64,000 bases of DNA from an uncultured Actinomycetes bacterium (GTDB lineage Bacteria; Actinomycetota; Actinomycetes; Streptosporangiales; Streptosporangiaceae): NCBI GenBank assembly GCA_963760405.1, contig CAVXCV010000002.1, forward strand, positions 679,413 through 743,412, read 5' to 3'. The notes below the pieces were generated by a model, which was given only the letters and a program-made list of their open reading frames with translations, was not told the origin of the DNA and searched no databases. The position numbers were made by a program, and so were the translations under genes. Positions 19,274-28,545 of this stretch are shown in pieces (within the stretch, counting starts at the first letter, position 1; every line of letters starts with the position of its first letter).

Positions 19274-19720
19274 TTGCTGATGGGCATGGACGTCAAGACA
19301 GCCGTGGCCCGCTGGCAGCTCTCCCCGCATCCGGAAGGCGGGTTCTTCCGGGAGACCTACCGGTCGCCGCTGGGCACGACGCCCCCAGGCTGGCCGGGTG
19401 AGCGGGCGCTGGCCACCGCGATCCTGTACCTGCTGCCGGCCGGGCAGCGGTCCGCGTGGCACCGGGTCCGCGGCGACGAGCTGTGGCTCTGGCAGGGCGG
19501 CGCGCCGATGGCGCTGAGCATCAGCGAGATGGCCCCGGACGGTGCGACGGGAGTGATGATCATGCTCGGGCCGGACCCGGAGGCCGGTCACGAACCGCAG
19601 GCACTGGTGCCGGGGCGGAGCTGGCAGAGCGCCGAGCCGGGCGGCGGCACCTGGTCCCTGGTGGCGTGCGTGGTGGCGCCGGGCTTTGACTTCAACGACT
19701 TCGAGCTGCTCGGGCACTGA
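19274..19720 (+). CDS. cupin (DUF985) family protein
   Basis: WQLSPHPEGGFFRETYRS signature and cupin-sized length. Confidence 0.85.
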   Translation: MLMGMDVKTAVARWQLSPHPEGGFFRETYRSPLGTTPPGWPGERALATAILYLLPAGQRSAWHRVRGDELWLWQGGAPMALSISEMAPDGATGVMIMLGPDPEAGHEPQALVPGRSWQSAEPGGGTWSLVACVVAPGFDFNDFELLGH

Positions 19721-19785
19721 ACCTGGGCAAAGACGAGGGCCACCGGCCGGACCCACGGAGGGACCCTGCCTGTGACCCTGACCTG

Positions 19786-19857
19786 CTGGGGTACCAGGAC
19801 TCGAACCTAGACTAACGGGGCCAGAACCCGTCGGGCTGCCAATTACCCCATACCCCA
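19786..19857 (-). tRNA. tRNA-Gln (anticodon CTG)
   Basis: Manual cloverleaf. Acceptor TGGGGTA/TACCCCA. Anticodon stem ACGGG/CCCGT with loop TTCTGGC. T arm CTAGG-TTCGAGT-CCTGG. Confidence 0.9.
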
Positions 19858-20083
19858 TTGCGCCGGGCGACACAGCGAACCACTGCACCCGCGAACCGCA
19901 CCGCGCCTAGGCAGTGTAGCCGAACACCGGCGGTCCCGCGAAAGCACAACACAGCTACACCAGGGGACCGGTCGGCGAGGGCACCAGCAGCCGCCGGGTC
20001 GTCTCCAGCCCCCACCCGTCCAGCGAGTACAGCCCGTCCCCGGAGGAGCGCAGCCCGCCGTACCGCCCGATCACCGCGGCCCG

Positions 20084-20551
20084 GTGGCCGGCGCTGGGCG
20101 CAGCCGCACCTACCTGCCGGTCCAGCCGGACGGGGCCGAGGTGCTGGCCACCGATGCCCGGGACCGGCCCGCCCTGCTGCTGCGCCGGGCCGGCCGTGGT
20201 GCGCTGGTCCTGTGCACCTACCCCGTCGAGCACATGTCGGCGGCCACTCCGGCCGTCAATCCCGGCGCGGTCACCGCGCTCTACGACGCGCTCGGCACTT
20301 TCGCCGGGGTGCGCCGGCCGGTCACCGTGGACGACCCGCGGGTGGCTGCCGACGTGCTGGTGCACTCCGACGGCAGCCACTTCTGCTGGCTGGTCAGCCA
20401 CGCCGCGGAACCAGTCACGATCAAGCCCCAGCTCGCCTCCGGCACCCGGCTGGTCGCCCTGGACGGTACCCCGGGTAACGGCACGATCAGCCTGCAGCCG
20501 TTCGGCGTCGGTGTCTTCTGCCTCGACCGCTCGCCCGCGCTGCTCCCGTAG
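20084..20551 (+). pseudogene. probable C-terminal remnant of a larger (glycoside-hydrolase-like?) gene
   Basis: Coding-like frame (ALLLRRAGRGALVLCTYPVEHM...SLQPFGVGVFCL) that stays open upstream to about 19961 with no plausible start or N-terminal domain. Sits directly beside tRNA-Gln. The family assignment is from memory only. Confidence 0.35.
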
Positions 20552-20751
20552 TTAACGGCCCGCAACGAACCCCCGCACGTGGTGGCGGCGCTCGCCCGGC
20601 ACCCAGCCCGAGCACCCGGCCACCCCCCGGCCCAGGACCCACCAGCCGCGGGCTGCGACGACTTATCACGCGTTCCAGTCATGATCACGAGTGGTTTGTC
20701 CAGAAATGTCCGTAGGGAACGCGTGAAAAGAAGGGATTCCGGCGCGGGCCG

Positions 20752-21567
20752 TTAGTCGCGGTTGACGACGGTGTTGGTGAGGGAGCCGATGTTCTCGATA
20801 CTCACGGACACCTCGTCGCCGTCCTCCAGCGGCCCGACCCCGGCCGGTGTCCCGGTGAGCAGCACATCGCCCGGCAGCAGCGTCATCACCGAGGTCACGA
20901 ACTCCACCAGCGCGGGCACGTCGTACAGCATCTCGGAGGTACGGGCCCGCTGCCGGGTCTCACCGTTGACCACCGTGGTGAGCAGCAGGTCAGCCGGGTC
21001 AACGTCGGTCTCGATCCACGGCCCGAGCGGGCAGAACGTGTCGAATCCCTTGGCCCGGGTCCATTGCCCGTCCCGGGCCTGCAGGTCCCGCGCGGTGACG
21101 TCGTTGGCGCAGGCGTAACCGAAGATGACCTCGGCTGCCTGGGCCGCGGGCACCTCCCGGCACAGCCGGCCGATGATCACGGCAAGCTCACCCTCGTAGT
21201 CAACCCGCTGGGTGAGCTTGACCGGGTAGGTGATCTGGTCCCGGTCGCCGACCACCGCGGTGGACGGCTTCAGGAAGAGCACTGGCTCCCCCGGCGGCTC
21301 CGTGCCCATTTCCCGGGCGTGCTCAGCGTAGTTCCGGCCGACCGCCACCACCTTGCTGGGCAGTACCGGGGCGAGCAGCCGCACCTCGCCGAGCGGGTAG
21401 GTGGTGCCGGTGAACTGGACGCCACCTTTGCCGGTGCCGAACGGATGGCCGCGCAGCTCGGCGATCACTGTCACCCCGGGCGTGCCACCAGCGGCCCCGT
21501 CGGCCTGGGCTTCCCCGACAACGCCGTAAGCGACCTCTTCACCCCGGGCGTACCTCGCGATGCGCAT
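20752..21567 (-). CDS. fumarylacetoacetate hydrolase (FAH) family protein
   Basis: VVAVGRNYAEHAREMG, ...YEGELAVIIG and GDVLLTGTPAGVG motifs. Confidence 0.9.
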   Translation of the reverse strand: MRIARYARGEEVAYGVVGEAQADGAAGGTPGVTVIAELRGHPFGTGKGGVQFTGTTYPLGEVRLLAPVLPSKVVAVGRNYAEHAREMGTEPPGEPVLFLKPSTAVVGDRDQITYPVKLTQRVDYEGELAVIIGRLCREVPAAQAAEVIFGYACANDVTARDLQARDGQWTRAKGFDTFCPLGPWIETDVDPADLLLTTVVNGETRQRARTSEMLYDVPALVEFVTSVMTLLPGDVLLTGTPAGVGPLEDGDEVSVSIENIGSLTNTVVNRD

Positions 21568-21632
21568 CGCTCAACCTCACCACTGAGAGTTAGCTGATCC
21601 AGCCTGGGCGATCCCGCTGCCACGGTAGCCCG

Positions 21633-21878
21633 CTACTGCAGGTAGCCTTCGACCTCCGACACCGGGCGGCCGGTGGCGGCGGTGGGATCCTCGCCGTACT
21701 CACGCCGCGCACGGCGCTGGCGCAGCAGGTCCCAGCACTGGTCCAGGGCTTCTTCGGCGGACCGCAGCTGGGCCCGTTCCTCGTCGGTGGACAGCTGGCC
21801 GGCGCCGACCTTCTCGCGCAGCTCGTGCTCGGTGCGGATCAGCTCATCGATACGGCCGAGGATCTCCTTATCGTCCAT
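21633..21878 (-). CDS. DUF2630 family protein
   Basis: MDDKEILGRIDELIRTEHELR...LDQCWDLLRQRRARREYGEDP, a small conserved actinobacterial protein. Confidence 0.8.
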   Translation of the reverse strand: MDDKEILGRIDELIRTEHELREKVGAGQLSTDEERAQLRSAEEALDQCWDLLRQRRARREYGEDPTAATGRPVSEVEGYLQ

Positions 21879-21962
21879 GGGTCTTACCGTAAGGGGAACC
21901 GGCCCGTGCGCCGACCCGGGGCCGGCCTGCGGGCGGGGACGGTGATCACTCCCGGGACAGGC

Positions 21963-23570
21963 CTAGCTCTGCTCGGCCGGCAGGTGACCGGCCCGGAGCA
22001 GCGCGTAGGTGACCGCCTCGGCCAGCGCGTGCCAGGAGGCGGCGATGATGTTCTCATCCACGCCCACGGTGCTCCACGCCCCGTCGGCCGCACCGGTGCC
22101 GTCGCTCGACTCGATCAGCACCCGGGTGACCGCCCCGGTGCCGTGCGAGCCTTCCAGGATGCGCACCTTGTAGTCGGCGAGCTCCAGCATGGCCAGTTCC
22201 GGGTAGAGCCGCTCCAGCGCGAGGCGGAGCGCGTTGTCGAGCGCGTTGACCGGCCCGTTGCCCTCCCCGGTCGCGACGATCCGCTCGCCCTTGGCGTGCA
22301 GCTTGACGGTGGCCTCACTGACCACGTCGCGGCCGGCCCGCTGCTCCACGATGACCCGCCACGACTCCACCCGGAAGTGGCGCAGCGGCTCGCCCGCGAG
22401 CTCGTCACGGAGCAGCAGCTCGAACGACGCGTCCGCGGCCTCGAACGTGTATCCGCGGGCCTCCAGTTCCTTGACCCGGTTGACCACCCGGCCCACCGTG
22501 TCCTTGTCGCCGGACAGGTCGTAGCCGAGCTGCTTGCCCTTGATCTCCACCGAGGCGCGGCCGGCCATGTCGGACACCAGCATGCGCATGTCGTTGCCCA
22601 CGACGGCGGGGTCGATGTGCTGGTAGAGCATGGGGTCCACCTTGACCGCGGAGGCGTGCAGTCCCGCCTTGTGCGCGAACGCGGAGAACCCGACATACGG
22701 CTGGTGGGTGCTGGGCGTGACGTTGGTGACCTCACTGATCGCGTGCGCGACCCGGCTCATCTCGGCCAGGCAGCCGTCCGGCAGCACGGTGCGGCCCTTC
22801 TTCAGCTGGAGCCCGGCCACGACGCTGAACAGGTTGGCGTTGCCCGCCCGCTCGCCGTATCCGTTGGCGCAGCCCTGCACGTGGGTGACCCCGGCGTCCA
22901 CCGCGACCAGGCTGTTGGCCACCGCGCAGGCGGTGTCGTCGTGGCAGTGGATGCCGAGGCGCGCGCCGGTGGACGCGGCGACCGCGGTCACCACGTCACC
23001 GAGCTCGCCGGGGAGCATGCCGCCGTTGGTGTCACAGAGCGCCACCACGTCCGCGCCAGCCTCGGCGGCCGTCCGGACCACCTCGAGCGCATAGGCCGGG
23101 TCGGACCGGTATCCGTCGAAGAAGTGCTCCGCGTCCAGGAACACCCGCTGGCCTTCAGCGCGCAGGTGACTGACGGTGTCCCGGATCATCGCCAGGTTCT
23201 CTTCCAGGCTGGTGCGCAGGGCCAGCCGGACATGCCGGTCGTGACTCTTGGCGACAAGAGTCACGACCGGCGCCCCGGACTCGCGCAGGGCGGCGACCTG
23301 GGGGTCGTCGGCCGCCTGCACGCCGGGCCGGCGGGTCGCGCCGAACGCGGCGAGCTGCGCGTGCCTGAGGTCTAGTTCGGTACGGGCGCGCCGGAAGAAC
23401 TCGGTGTCCTTGGGGATCGCCCCGGGCCAGCCGCCCTCGATGAAGCCAACGCCGAACTCGTCGAGCCGGCGCGCGATGGCCAGCTTGTCGGCGACGCTGA
23501 GGGTCAGCCCTTCCTGCTGGGCCCCATCGCGCAGCGTGGTGTCGTAGACATGGAACACATCGTCGGGCAT
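21963..23570 (-). CDS. cimA: citramalate synthase (LeuA/CimA family)
   Basis: MPDDVFHVYDTTLRDGAQQEGL..., a HMGL-like domain and a LeuA-dimer C-terminal domain. Start taken at the ATG at 23570. The longer track ORF to 23642 runs into the terminator. Confidence 0.85.
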   Translation of the reverse strand: MPDDVFHVYDTTLRDGAQQEGLTLSVADKLAIARRLDEFGVGFIEGGWPGAIPKDTEFFRRARTELDLRHAQLAAFGATRRPGVQAADDPQVAALRESGAPVVTLVAKSHDRHVRLALRTSLEENLAMIRDTVSHLRAEGQRVFLDAEHFFDGYRSDPAYALEVVRTAAEAGADVVALCDTNGGMLPGELGDVVTAVAASTGARLGIHCHDDTACAVANSLVAVDAGVTHVQGCANGYGERAGNANLFSVVAGLQLKKGRTVLPDGCLAEMSRVAHAISEVTNVTPSTHQPYVGFSAFAHKAGLHASAVKVDPMLYQHIDPAVVGNDMRMLVSDMAGRASVEIKGKQLGYDLSGDKDTVGRVVNRVKELEARGYTFEAADASFELLLRDELAGEPLRHFRVESWRVIVEQRAGRDVVSEATVKLHAKGERIVATGEGNGPVNALDNALRLALERLYPELAMLELADYKVRILEGSHGTGAVTRVLIESSDGTGAADGAWSTVGVDENIIAASWHALAEAVTYALLRAGHLPAEQS

Positions 23571-23634
23571 TGGTCTCGTCCGTCCCTTGTGGCTATCTGC
23601 TGCCTGGCTGTGGTGCCTGTCGTCGCCGCGTCCG

Positions 23635-23746
23635 CAAAACAAAAGACCCCTCGCAACATGCGAGAGGTCTGCGCGTCGGCATGCGGCCTGGCCGCCCTAA
23701 CTTAGGTGCCGACGCGCCCGCCGATAATAATCCGGCCGAACGTCAT
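23635..23746 (-). promoter_or_regulatory. candidate Ile-codon leader peptide plus terminator (attenuator) upstream of cimA
   Basis: Minus-strand ORF 23746-23702 reads ATG ACG TTC GGC CGG ATT ATT ATC GGC GGG CGC GTC GGC ACC TAA (MTFGRIIIGGRVGT). An 11-bp hairpin GCGCGTCGGCA/TGCCGACGCGC lies at 23671-23717. A terminator hairpin lies at 23645-23669, followed by UUUUGUUUUG. Confidence 0.5.
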
Positions 23747-23858
23747 GACAGCAAGTGTGCCACACCCCAGGACCGCGCCGTGTCGGAACCCCCGATCAGT
23801 GATCACGGAGCGGACACACGGCCGGTACCCGTGCGGTGCCGGCCGCCCCGCGAGACCC

Positions 23859-24974
23859 TCAGCAGACCTTGTAGACCCAGCCGTGCGGATCGGGCCGGCT
23901 CCCGTACTGGATGCCGACGAGTTCCTCGCGCAGCCGCATGGTCACCGGGCCAGGGGTGCCGTCGCCGATGACCCACTCGCCGGTAGCGCTCTTGACCTTG
24001 CCCACCGGGGTGATCACCGCGGCGGTACCGCAGGCAAACACCTCGGTCAGCTCCCCGGATGCGCAGCCGGCCCGCCACTGATCCACCGAGATCCTGCCTT
24101 CCTCGGTGGGGAAGCCGAGGTCCGGACCGAGCTTGAGGAGGGAGTCGCGGGTGATTCCGGGCAGCATGGTCCCGGTCAGTGCGGGCGTCATGATCCGCGC
24201 CTGCGGGCCTGAGCCGTAGACGAAGAACAGGTTCATCCCGCCCATCTCCTCGACCCACCGGCGTTCCACCGCGTCCAGCCAGACCACCTGGTCGCAGCCG
24301 TTGTTCACGGCCTGGATCTGGCCGGCGAAGGCGGCCGCGTAGTTGCCGCCGCACTTGGCCTCGCCGGTACCGCCTGGCGCGGCCCGGGTGTACTCGGCGG
24401 ACAGCCAGACGGACACCGGCCGGATCCCGCCGCTGAAGTAGGCGGCGGCCGGCGACGCGATGACCGTGTACAGGTACGACGACGAGGGCTGGTTCACGCC
24501 GAGCCCGCGCTGCGTGGCGATCATGAAGGGCCGCAGGTAGAGGCTGTGCCCCTCGGTGGTCGGGACCCAGCCGCGGTCCTGGCTGACCAGCAGCTCGATG
24601 GACCGCAGAAAGGCCTGCTCCGGCAGTTCCGGCATGGCCAGCCGGACCGCGGACCGGTTGAACCGGGCTGCGTTGGCCTGCGGCCGGAAGGCCACGATGG
24701 GACCGCCCGCCTGCCGGTAAGCCTTCAGGCCCTCGAAGATCTCCTGCGCGTAGTGGAAGACGGAGGTGGCCGGCTCCAGCATGATCGGCCCGTAACTCTC
24801 CAGCCTCCCGTCGTGCCAGCCCTCCTCCGCGGTCCACCGGAGCGTGACCATGTGATCAGTGAATACCTGCCCGAATCCCGGGCTCGCCAGGATCTGGTCC
24901 CGCTGCGCCGCCGCAATGGGGTCAGCACTGGCGCGGACGTCGAAAGCGATCTCGGTGCTCGGGCTTGCCGTCAT
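23859..24974 (-). CDS. ilvE: branched-chain amino acid aminotransferase
   Basis: FTDHMV..., FHYAQEIFEGLKAYR and class IV aminotransferase length. ATG at 24974 preceded by AAGAGAGGA. Confidence 0.9.
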   Translation of the reverse strand: MTASPSTEIAFDVRASADPIAAAQRDQILASPGFGQVFTDHMVTLRWTAEEGWHDGRLESYGPIMLEPATSVFHYAQEIFEGLKAYRQAGGPIVAFRPQANAARFNRSAVRLAMPELPEQAFLRSIELLVSQDRGWVPTTEGHSLYLRPFMIATQRGLGVNQPSSSYLYTVIASPAAAYFSGGIRPVSVWLSAEYTRAAPGGTGEAKCGGNYAAAFAGQIQAVNNGCDQVVWLDAVERRWVEEMGGMNLFFVYGSGPQARIMTPALTGTMLPGITRDSLLKLGPDLGFPTEEGRISVDQWRAGCASGELTEVFACGTAAVITPVGKVKSATGEWVIGDGTPGPVTMRLREELVGIQYGSRPDPHGWVYKVC

Positions 24975-25201
24975 CACAGGTCCTCTCTTTCCCCGGCATG
25001 GCCGGGTCTCGCGGACGGGGCCCCGTTGCCCCGCCAGGGCGGCGCCACAGCGGGCCACCGCACCGCACTCTTATTCTCCCCGCCCGCAGCCGGGGCTGAT
25101 GTCCCGCCCGCCGCGCCAAGCCGCGCAGCGGGTGTCTCACCGCAGGCGCGCCCGCAGGCCGGCCTGCGGGGCGCACCAGGCGGGCCCGGCAGGGCCGCGC
25201 C

Positions 25202-26248
25202 CTAGCCGGCTACTCGCTCGGCGATGTCGTCGCCGATCTCCGGCGTCACCCGGGCCGCCCAGGCGCCCTGGCGCTCCACCAGGTCGTCGGCCACGGCCTG
25301 CTCGATCCGGGCGGCTTCCGCGGCCAGGCCCAGGTGCTGGCAGAGCATGGCCGCGGACAGGATCGCCGCTGTCGGGTCGGCCTTCTGCTTGCCGGCGATG
25401 TCTGGCGCGCTGCCGTGCACCGGTTCGAACATGCTCGGCGCCGTCCGCTCCGGGTTGATGTTCCCGCTCGCGGCGAGCCCGATGCCGCCCGCCACGGCCG
25501 CACCAAGGTCGGTCAGGATGTCACCGAACAGGTTGTCGGTGACCACCACATCGAACCGCTCCGGCTGGGTCACCAGGTACATGCAGGCCGCGTCCACGTG
25601 ACAGTAGTCCACGGCGATGCCGGGGAACTCCTGGGCGACCGCCTCCATCGTGCGGTGCCACAGGTCTCCGGCGTAGGCCAGCACGTTGGTCTTGTGCACC
25701 AGGGTCAGCTTGCGGGCTGACCGCTCGGCCGCGCGGGCAAAGGCGTACCGCACCACCCGGTTCACCCCGAACGCCGTGTTCAGGCTCTCCTGGGTGGCCA
25801 CTTCCTCGGGGGTGCCCTTGCGCAGCACCCCGCCGGCGCCCGCGTACGGGCCCTCGGTCCCCTCCCGGACCACCAGCATGTTGACCAGCTCCGGCCGGAC
25901 ATCAGCCAGCGGCGTGGCCACGCCCGGATAGAGCCGGACCGGGCGCAGGTTGACGTACTGGTCCAGCTCGAACCGGAGCCGGAGCAGCAGACCGCGCTCC
26001 AGCACGCCGCTGGGCACGGTCGGGTCGCCCACTGCGCCGAGCAGGATCGCGTCCTGGGCCCGGATTTCTTCCAGCACGGAATCAGGCAGCGTCTCGCTGG
26101 TGCGGTGCCAGCGCTGCGCGCCGAGATCGTAGCTGGTGTCGTCGATGGCGATATTGGCGGCCGCGAGGACCTTGAGCGCCTCGGTCACGACCTCAGGGCC
26201 GATGCCGTCGCCGCCGATCACCGCGAGCCTGATCGCAGAAGATGCCAT
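25202..26248 (-). CDS. leuB: 3-isopropylmalate dehydrogenase
   Basis: [14 protein letters not shown]..., [25 protein letters not shown]. Confidence 0.95.
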   Translation of the reverse strand: MASSAIRLAVIGGDGIGPEVVTEALKVLAAANIAIDDTSYDLGAQRWHRTSETLPDSVLEEIRAQDAILLGAVGDPTVPSGVLERGLLLRLRFELDQYVNLRPVRLYPGVATPLADVRPELVNMLVVREGTEGPYAGAGGVLRKGTPEEVATQESLNTAFGVNRVVRYAFARAAERSARKLTLVHKTNVLAYAGDLWHRTMEAVAQEFPGIAVDYCHVDAACMYLVTQPERFDVVVTDNLFGDILTDLGAAVAGGIGLAASGNINPERTAPSMFEPVHGSAPDIAGKQKADPTAAILSAAMLCQHLGLAAEAARIEQAVADDLVERQGAWAARVTPEIGDDIAERVAG

Positions 26249-26675
26249 GCGCGTACCTTACTGGGCAGCTGCCTTGACTGACTGGCCTCCGTTATCCCGC
26301 CGGTCGAGGGCTACCTGGAGCGCGGCCGCCGCAGGCGCGGCAGGCACGGCGCGGGCCGCAGGTTCGTCACGGAGGTCACGGAAGTCGGGGAAATCACCAT
26401 GGTCAGCGGCGTCGCCGCGCTGATTCCACGGGTACATGTCATACACGGCCTGGTCTCCGGTGCTTCGTCATTCCTGGTGGGCGGACTTACGGCCAGCACC
26501 GCTAGCCGTAGCGGGTGGCCGGCCTGCCCTGATCAGGCCCCGCTACGGCTAAGGATGGATACGAAGCGCCACATATTGTTGGACATCCTAGTACCTAGAC
26601 CGGCGGCTGTCGCCTGTGGAACGGATCTGTCTCGCATCCTGAGACAGATCCGCTGGACAGGGTGGTGGTCTCGAG

Positions 26676-26757
26676 CGCGTCCAGCGGCCCTGGAGTCGCG
26701 TCCAGCGGTCCTGGAGTACCGCCTGGCGGTCCTGGAGCGCGTCTAGCGGTCCTCGAG
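26676..26757. repeat. 20-21-nt tandem repeat (4 copies) spanning the serA stop codon
   Basis: CGCGTCCAGCGGCCCTGGAGT / CGCGTCCAGCGGTCCTGGAGT / ACCGCCTGGCGGTCCTGGAG / CGCGTCTAGCGGTCCTCGAG. The last unit encodes serA ...LEDR-stop. Confidence 0.75.
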
Positions 26758-28335
26758 ATCGACAGTCCGGCCGACCACGGCGCCGATCGTGGAGGAGATG
26801 TCGTCCAGCACCACCGCGGGGATGGCCGAGTCCACGGACAGCACGATCAGCGCGTGGCCGCCCCGCGCGTCCCGGCACACCTGCATGCCCGCGATGTTGA
26901 TGCCCTCGCTGCCCAGGATCTGGCCGACCGTGCCGACCACACCCGGCCGGTCGGTGTAGGTGAGGAACACCATGTGGTCCGCGGGGGCGATCTCCATCTC
27001 GAAGCCGTTGACCTCGATCAGCTTCTCGTGCTGCCGCCGGCCGGTGAGGGTGCCGCCGACCGACACGACCTGGCCATCCGGCATGATCCCGCGCAGCGTG
27101 ACCAGGTTCCGCCAGTCCGGGCTCTCCGTGTCGGTGACCAGGCTGACTTCCACCCCCCGCTCGCTGGCCAGCAGCGGGGCGTTCACGTAGGTGACCGCGG
27201 CCTCGACCACGTCCGCGAACACGCCCTTGAGCGCGGCGAGCTGGAGCACCCGCACGTCGCGGCCGGCGATCTCGCCGCGTACCTCGACATCGATCCGCGC
27301 GGCCATGCTGCCGGCCAGCGCGGTGAAGATGCGGCCCAGCTTCTCCGCCAGCGGCAGCCCGGGCTTGACGTCCTCGTCAACCGCCCCGCCCTGTACGTTG
27401 ACCGCGTCCGGCACGAACTCCCCGGCCAGCGCCAGCCGGACCGACCGGGCCACCTGGGTGCCGGCCTTCTCCTGCGCCTCGTCCGTGCTCGCGCCCAGGT
27501 GCGGGGTGGCGACCACGGACGGGATCGCCAGCAGCGGGTTCGCAGTGGCAGGCTCGGTGCTGAAGACGTCGATGCCCGCCCCGGCCACCCGGCCGTCCTT
27601 CAGCGCCAGCACCAGCGCGTGCTCATCCACGATGCCCCCCCGGGCCGCGTTCACGATCCGCAGGCCCGGCTTGACCTGGTGCAGTTCCTTGTCCCCGATG
27701 AGGCCGACCGTCTCGGCGTTCCTGGGCAGGTGCACGGTGATGAAGTCCGCCTCGGCCAGGAGTTCGTCCAGGCTGGCCAGGCGCACGCCGAGCTGGGCGG
27801 CCCGGGCCGCGGGCACGTACGGGTCGTAGGCCACGACCTGCATGCCGAACGAGGCGAGCCGCTCGGCCACGAGCACGCCGATCCGGCCCAGCCCCAGGAT
27901 GCCCAGCACCTTGCCCTGCAGCTCGACTCCGGTGAACGCGGACCGCTTCCACTCCCCCGCCTTGAGCGAGGCAGCTGCCTGCGGCACGTTCCGGGCCACC
28001 GCGAGCAGCAGGCCGACCGCGTGCTCGGCCGCGCTGACGATGTTGGAGGTGGGCGCGTTCACCACCATCACGCCCGCCTTGGTCGCAGCCTCGACGTCCA
28101 CGTTGTCCAGGCCCACGCCCGCCCGGGCGACCACCCGGAGCCGGGGCGCATGCGCCAGGGCCTCGGCGTCGACCCTGGTGGCACTGCGCACGATGACCGC
28201 GTCCGCATCAGCGAGCGCGGGCAGCAGCTCGGCGCGGTCCGCGCCGTTCACCTGGCGCACCGTGAAGTCGGACTCCAGCTGCGCGACCGCGGCTGGGGAG
28301 AGTTCCTCGGCGATGAGGACGATGGGTGCAGGCAC
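26743..28335 (-). CDS. serA: D-3-phosphoglycerate dehydrogenase
   Basis: NAD-binding GILGLGRIGVLVAERL, a catalytic domain, and ASB plus ACT C-terminal domains (530 aa). Confidence 0.95.
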   Translation of the reverse strand: MPAPIVLIAEELSPAAVAQLESDFTVRQVNGADRAELLPALADADAVIVRSATRVDAEALAHAPRLRVVARAGVGLDNVDVEAATKAGVMVVNAPTSNIVSAAEHAVGLLLAVARNVPQAAASLKAGEWKRSAFTGVELQGKVLGILGLGRIGVLVAERLASFGMQVVAYDPYVPAARAAQLGVRLASLDELLAEADFITVHLPRNAETVGLIGDKELHQVKPGLRIVNAARGGIVDEHALVLALKDGRVAGAGIDVFSTEPATANPLLAIPSVVATPHLGASTDEAQEKAGTQVARSVRLALAGEFVPDAVNVQGGAVDEDVKPGLPLAEKLGRIFTALAGSMAARIDVEVRGEIAGRDVRVLQLAALKGVFADVVEAAVTYVNAPLLASERGVEVSLVTDTESPDWRNLVTLRGIMPDGQVVSVGGTLTGRRQHEKLIEVNGFEMEIAPADHMVFLTYTDRPGVVGTVGQILGSEGINIAGMQVCRDARGGHALIVLSVDSAIPAVVLDDISSTIGAVVGRTVDLEDR

Positions 28336-28437
28336 AGTGGTGGCCCCTCACGACGGACAGCGGAAAGCTCAGTCTAGCGAAGCTTGTGAAACCATTCACG
28401 AATCGCACAACCGTGCGCCCGACGGACCGTACCAGCA

Positions 28438-28543
28438 GCAGTGCGGTACATTTCGGGCCGCGCGCGACACCTTATGTACCGCACTGCCGGGCTACACCCA
28501 CGGCTGGCATCAGCCCCGGAGTACTCCGGGGCTGATGCCAGCC
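28438..28543 (-). terminator. two large perfect hairpins downstream of ilvC
   Basis: A 42-nt perfect palindrome GGCTGGCATCAGCCCCGGAGT/ACTCCGGGGCTGATGCCAGCC (28502-28543) starts 2 nt after the ilvC stop. A 14-bp inverted repeat GCAGTGCGGTACAT/ATGTACCGCACTGC follows at 28438-28487. Neither has a U-tail. Confidence 0.5.
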
Positions 28544-28545
28544 CC

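Noticed and set aside
26258-26446. 62-aa acidic ORF ending 10 nt upstream of leuB
   Set aside because: The position is suggestive, but codon bias is weak, there is no motif and there is no clear SD. It is left unannotated and would need conservation or ribosome-profiling evidence.
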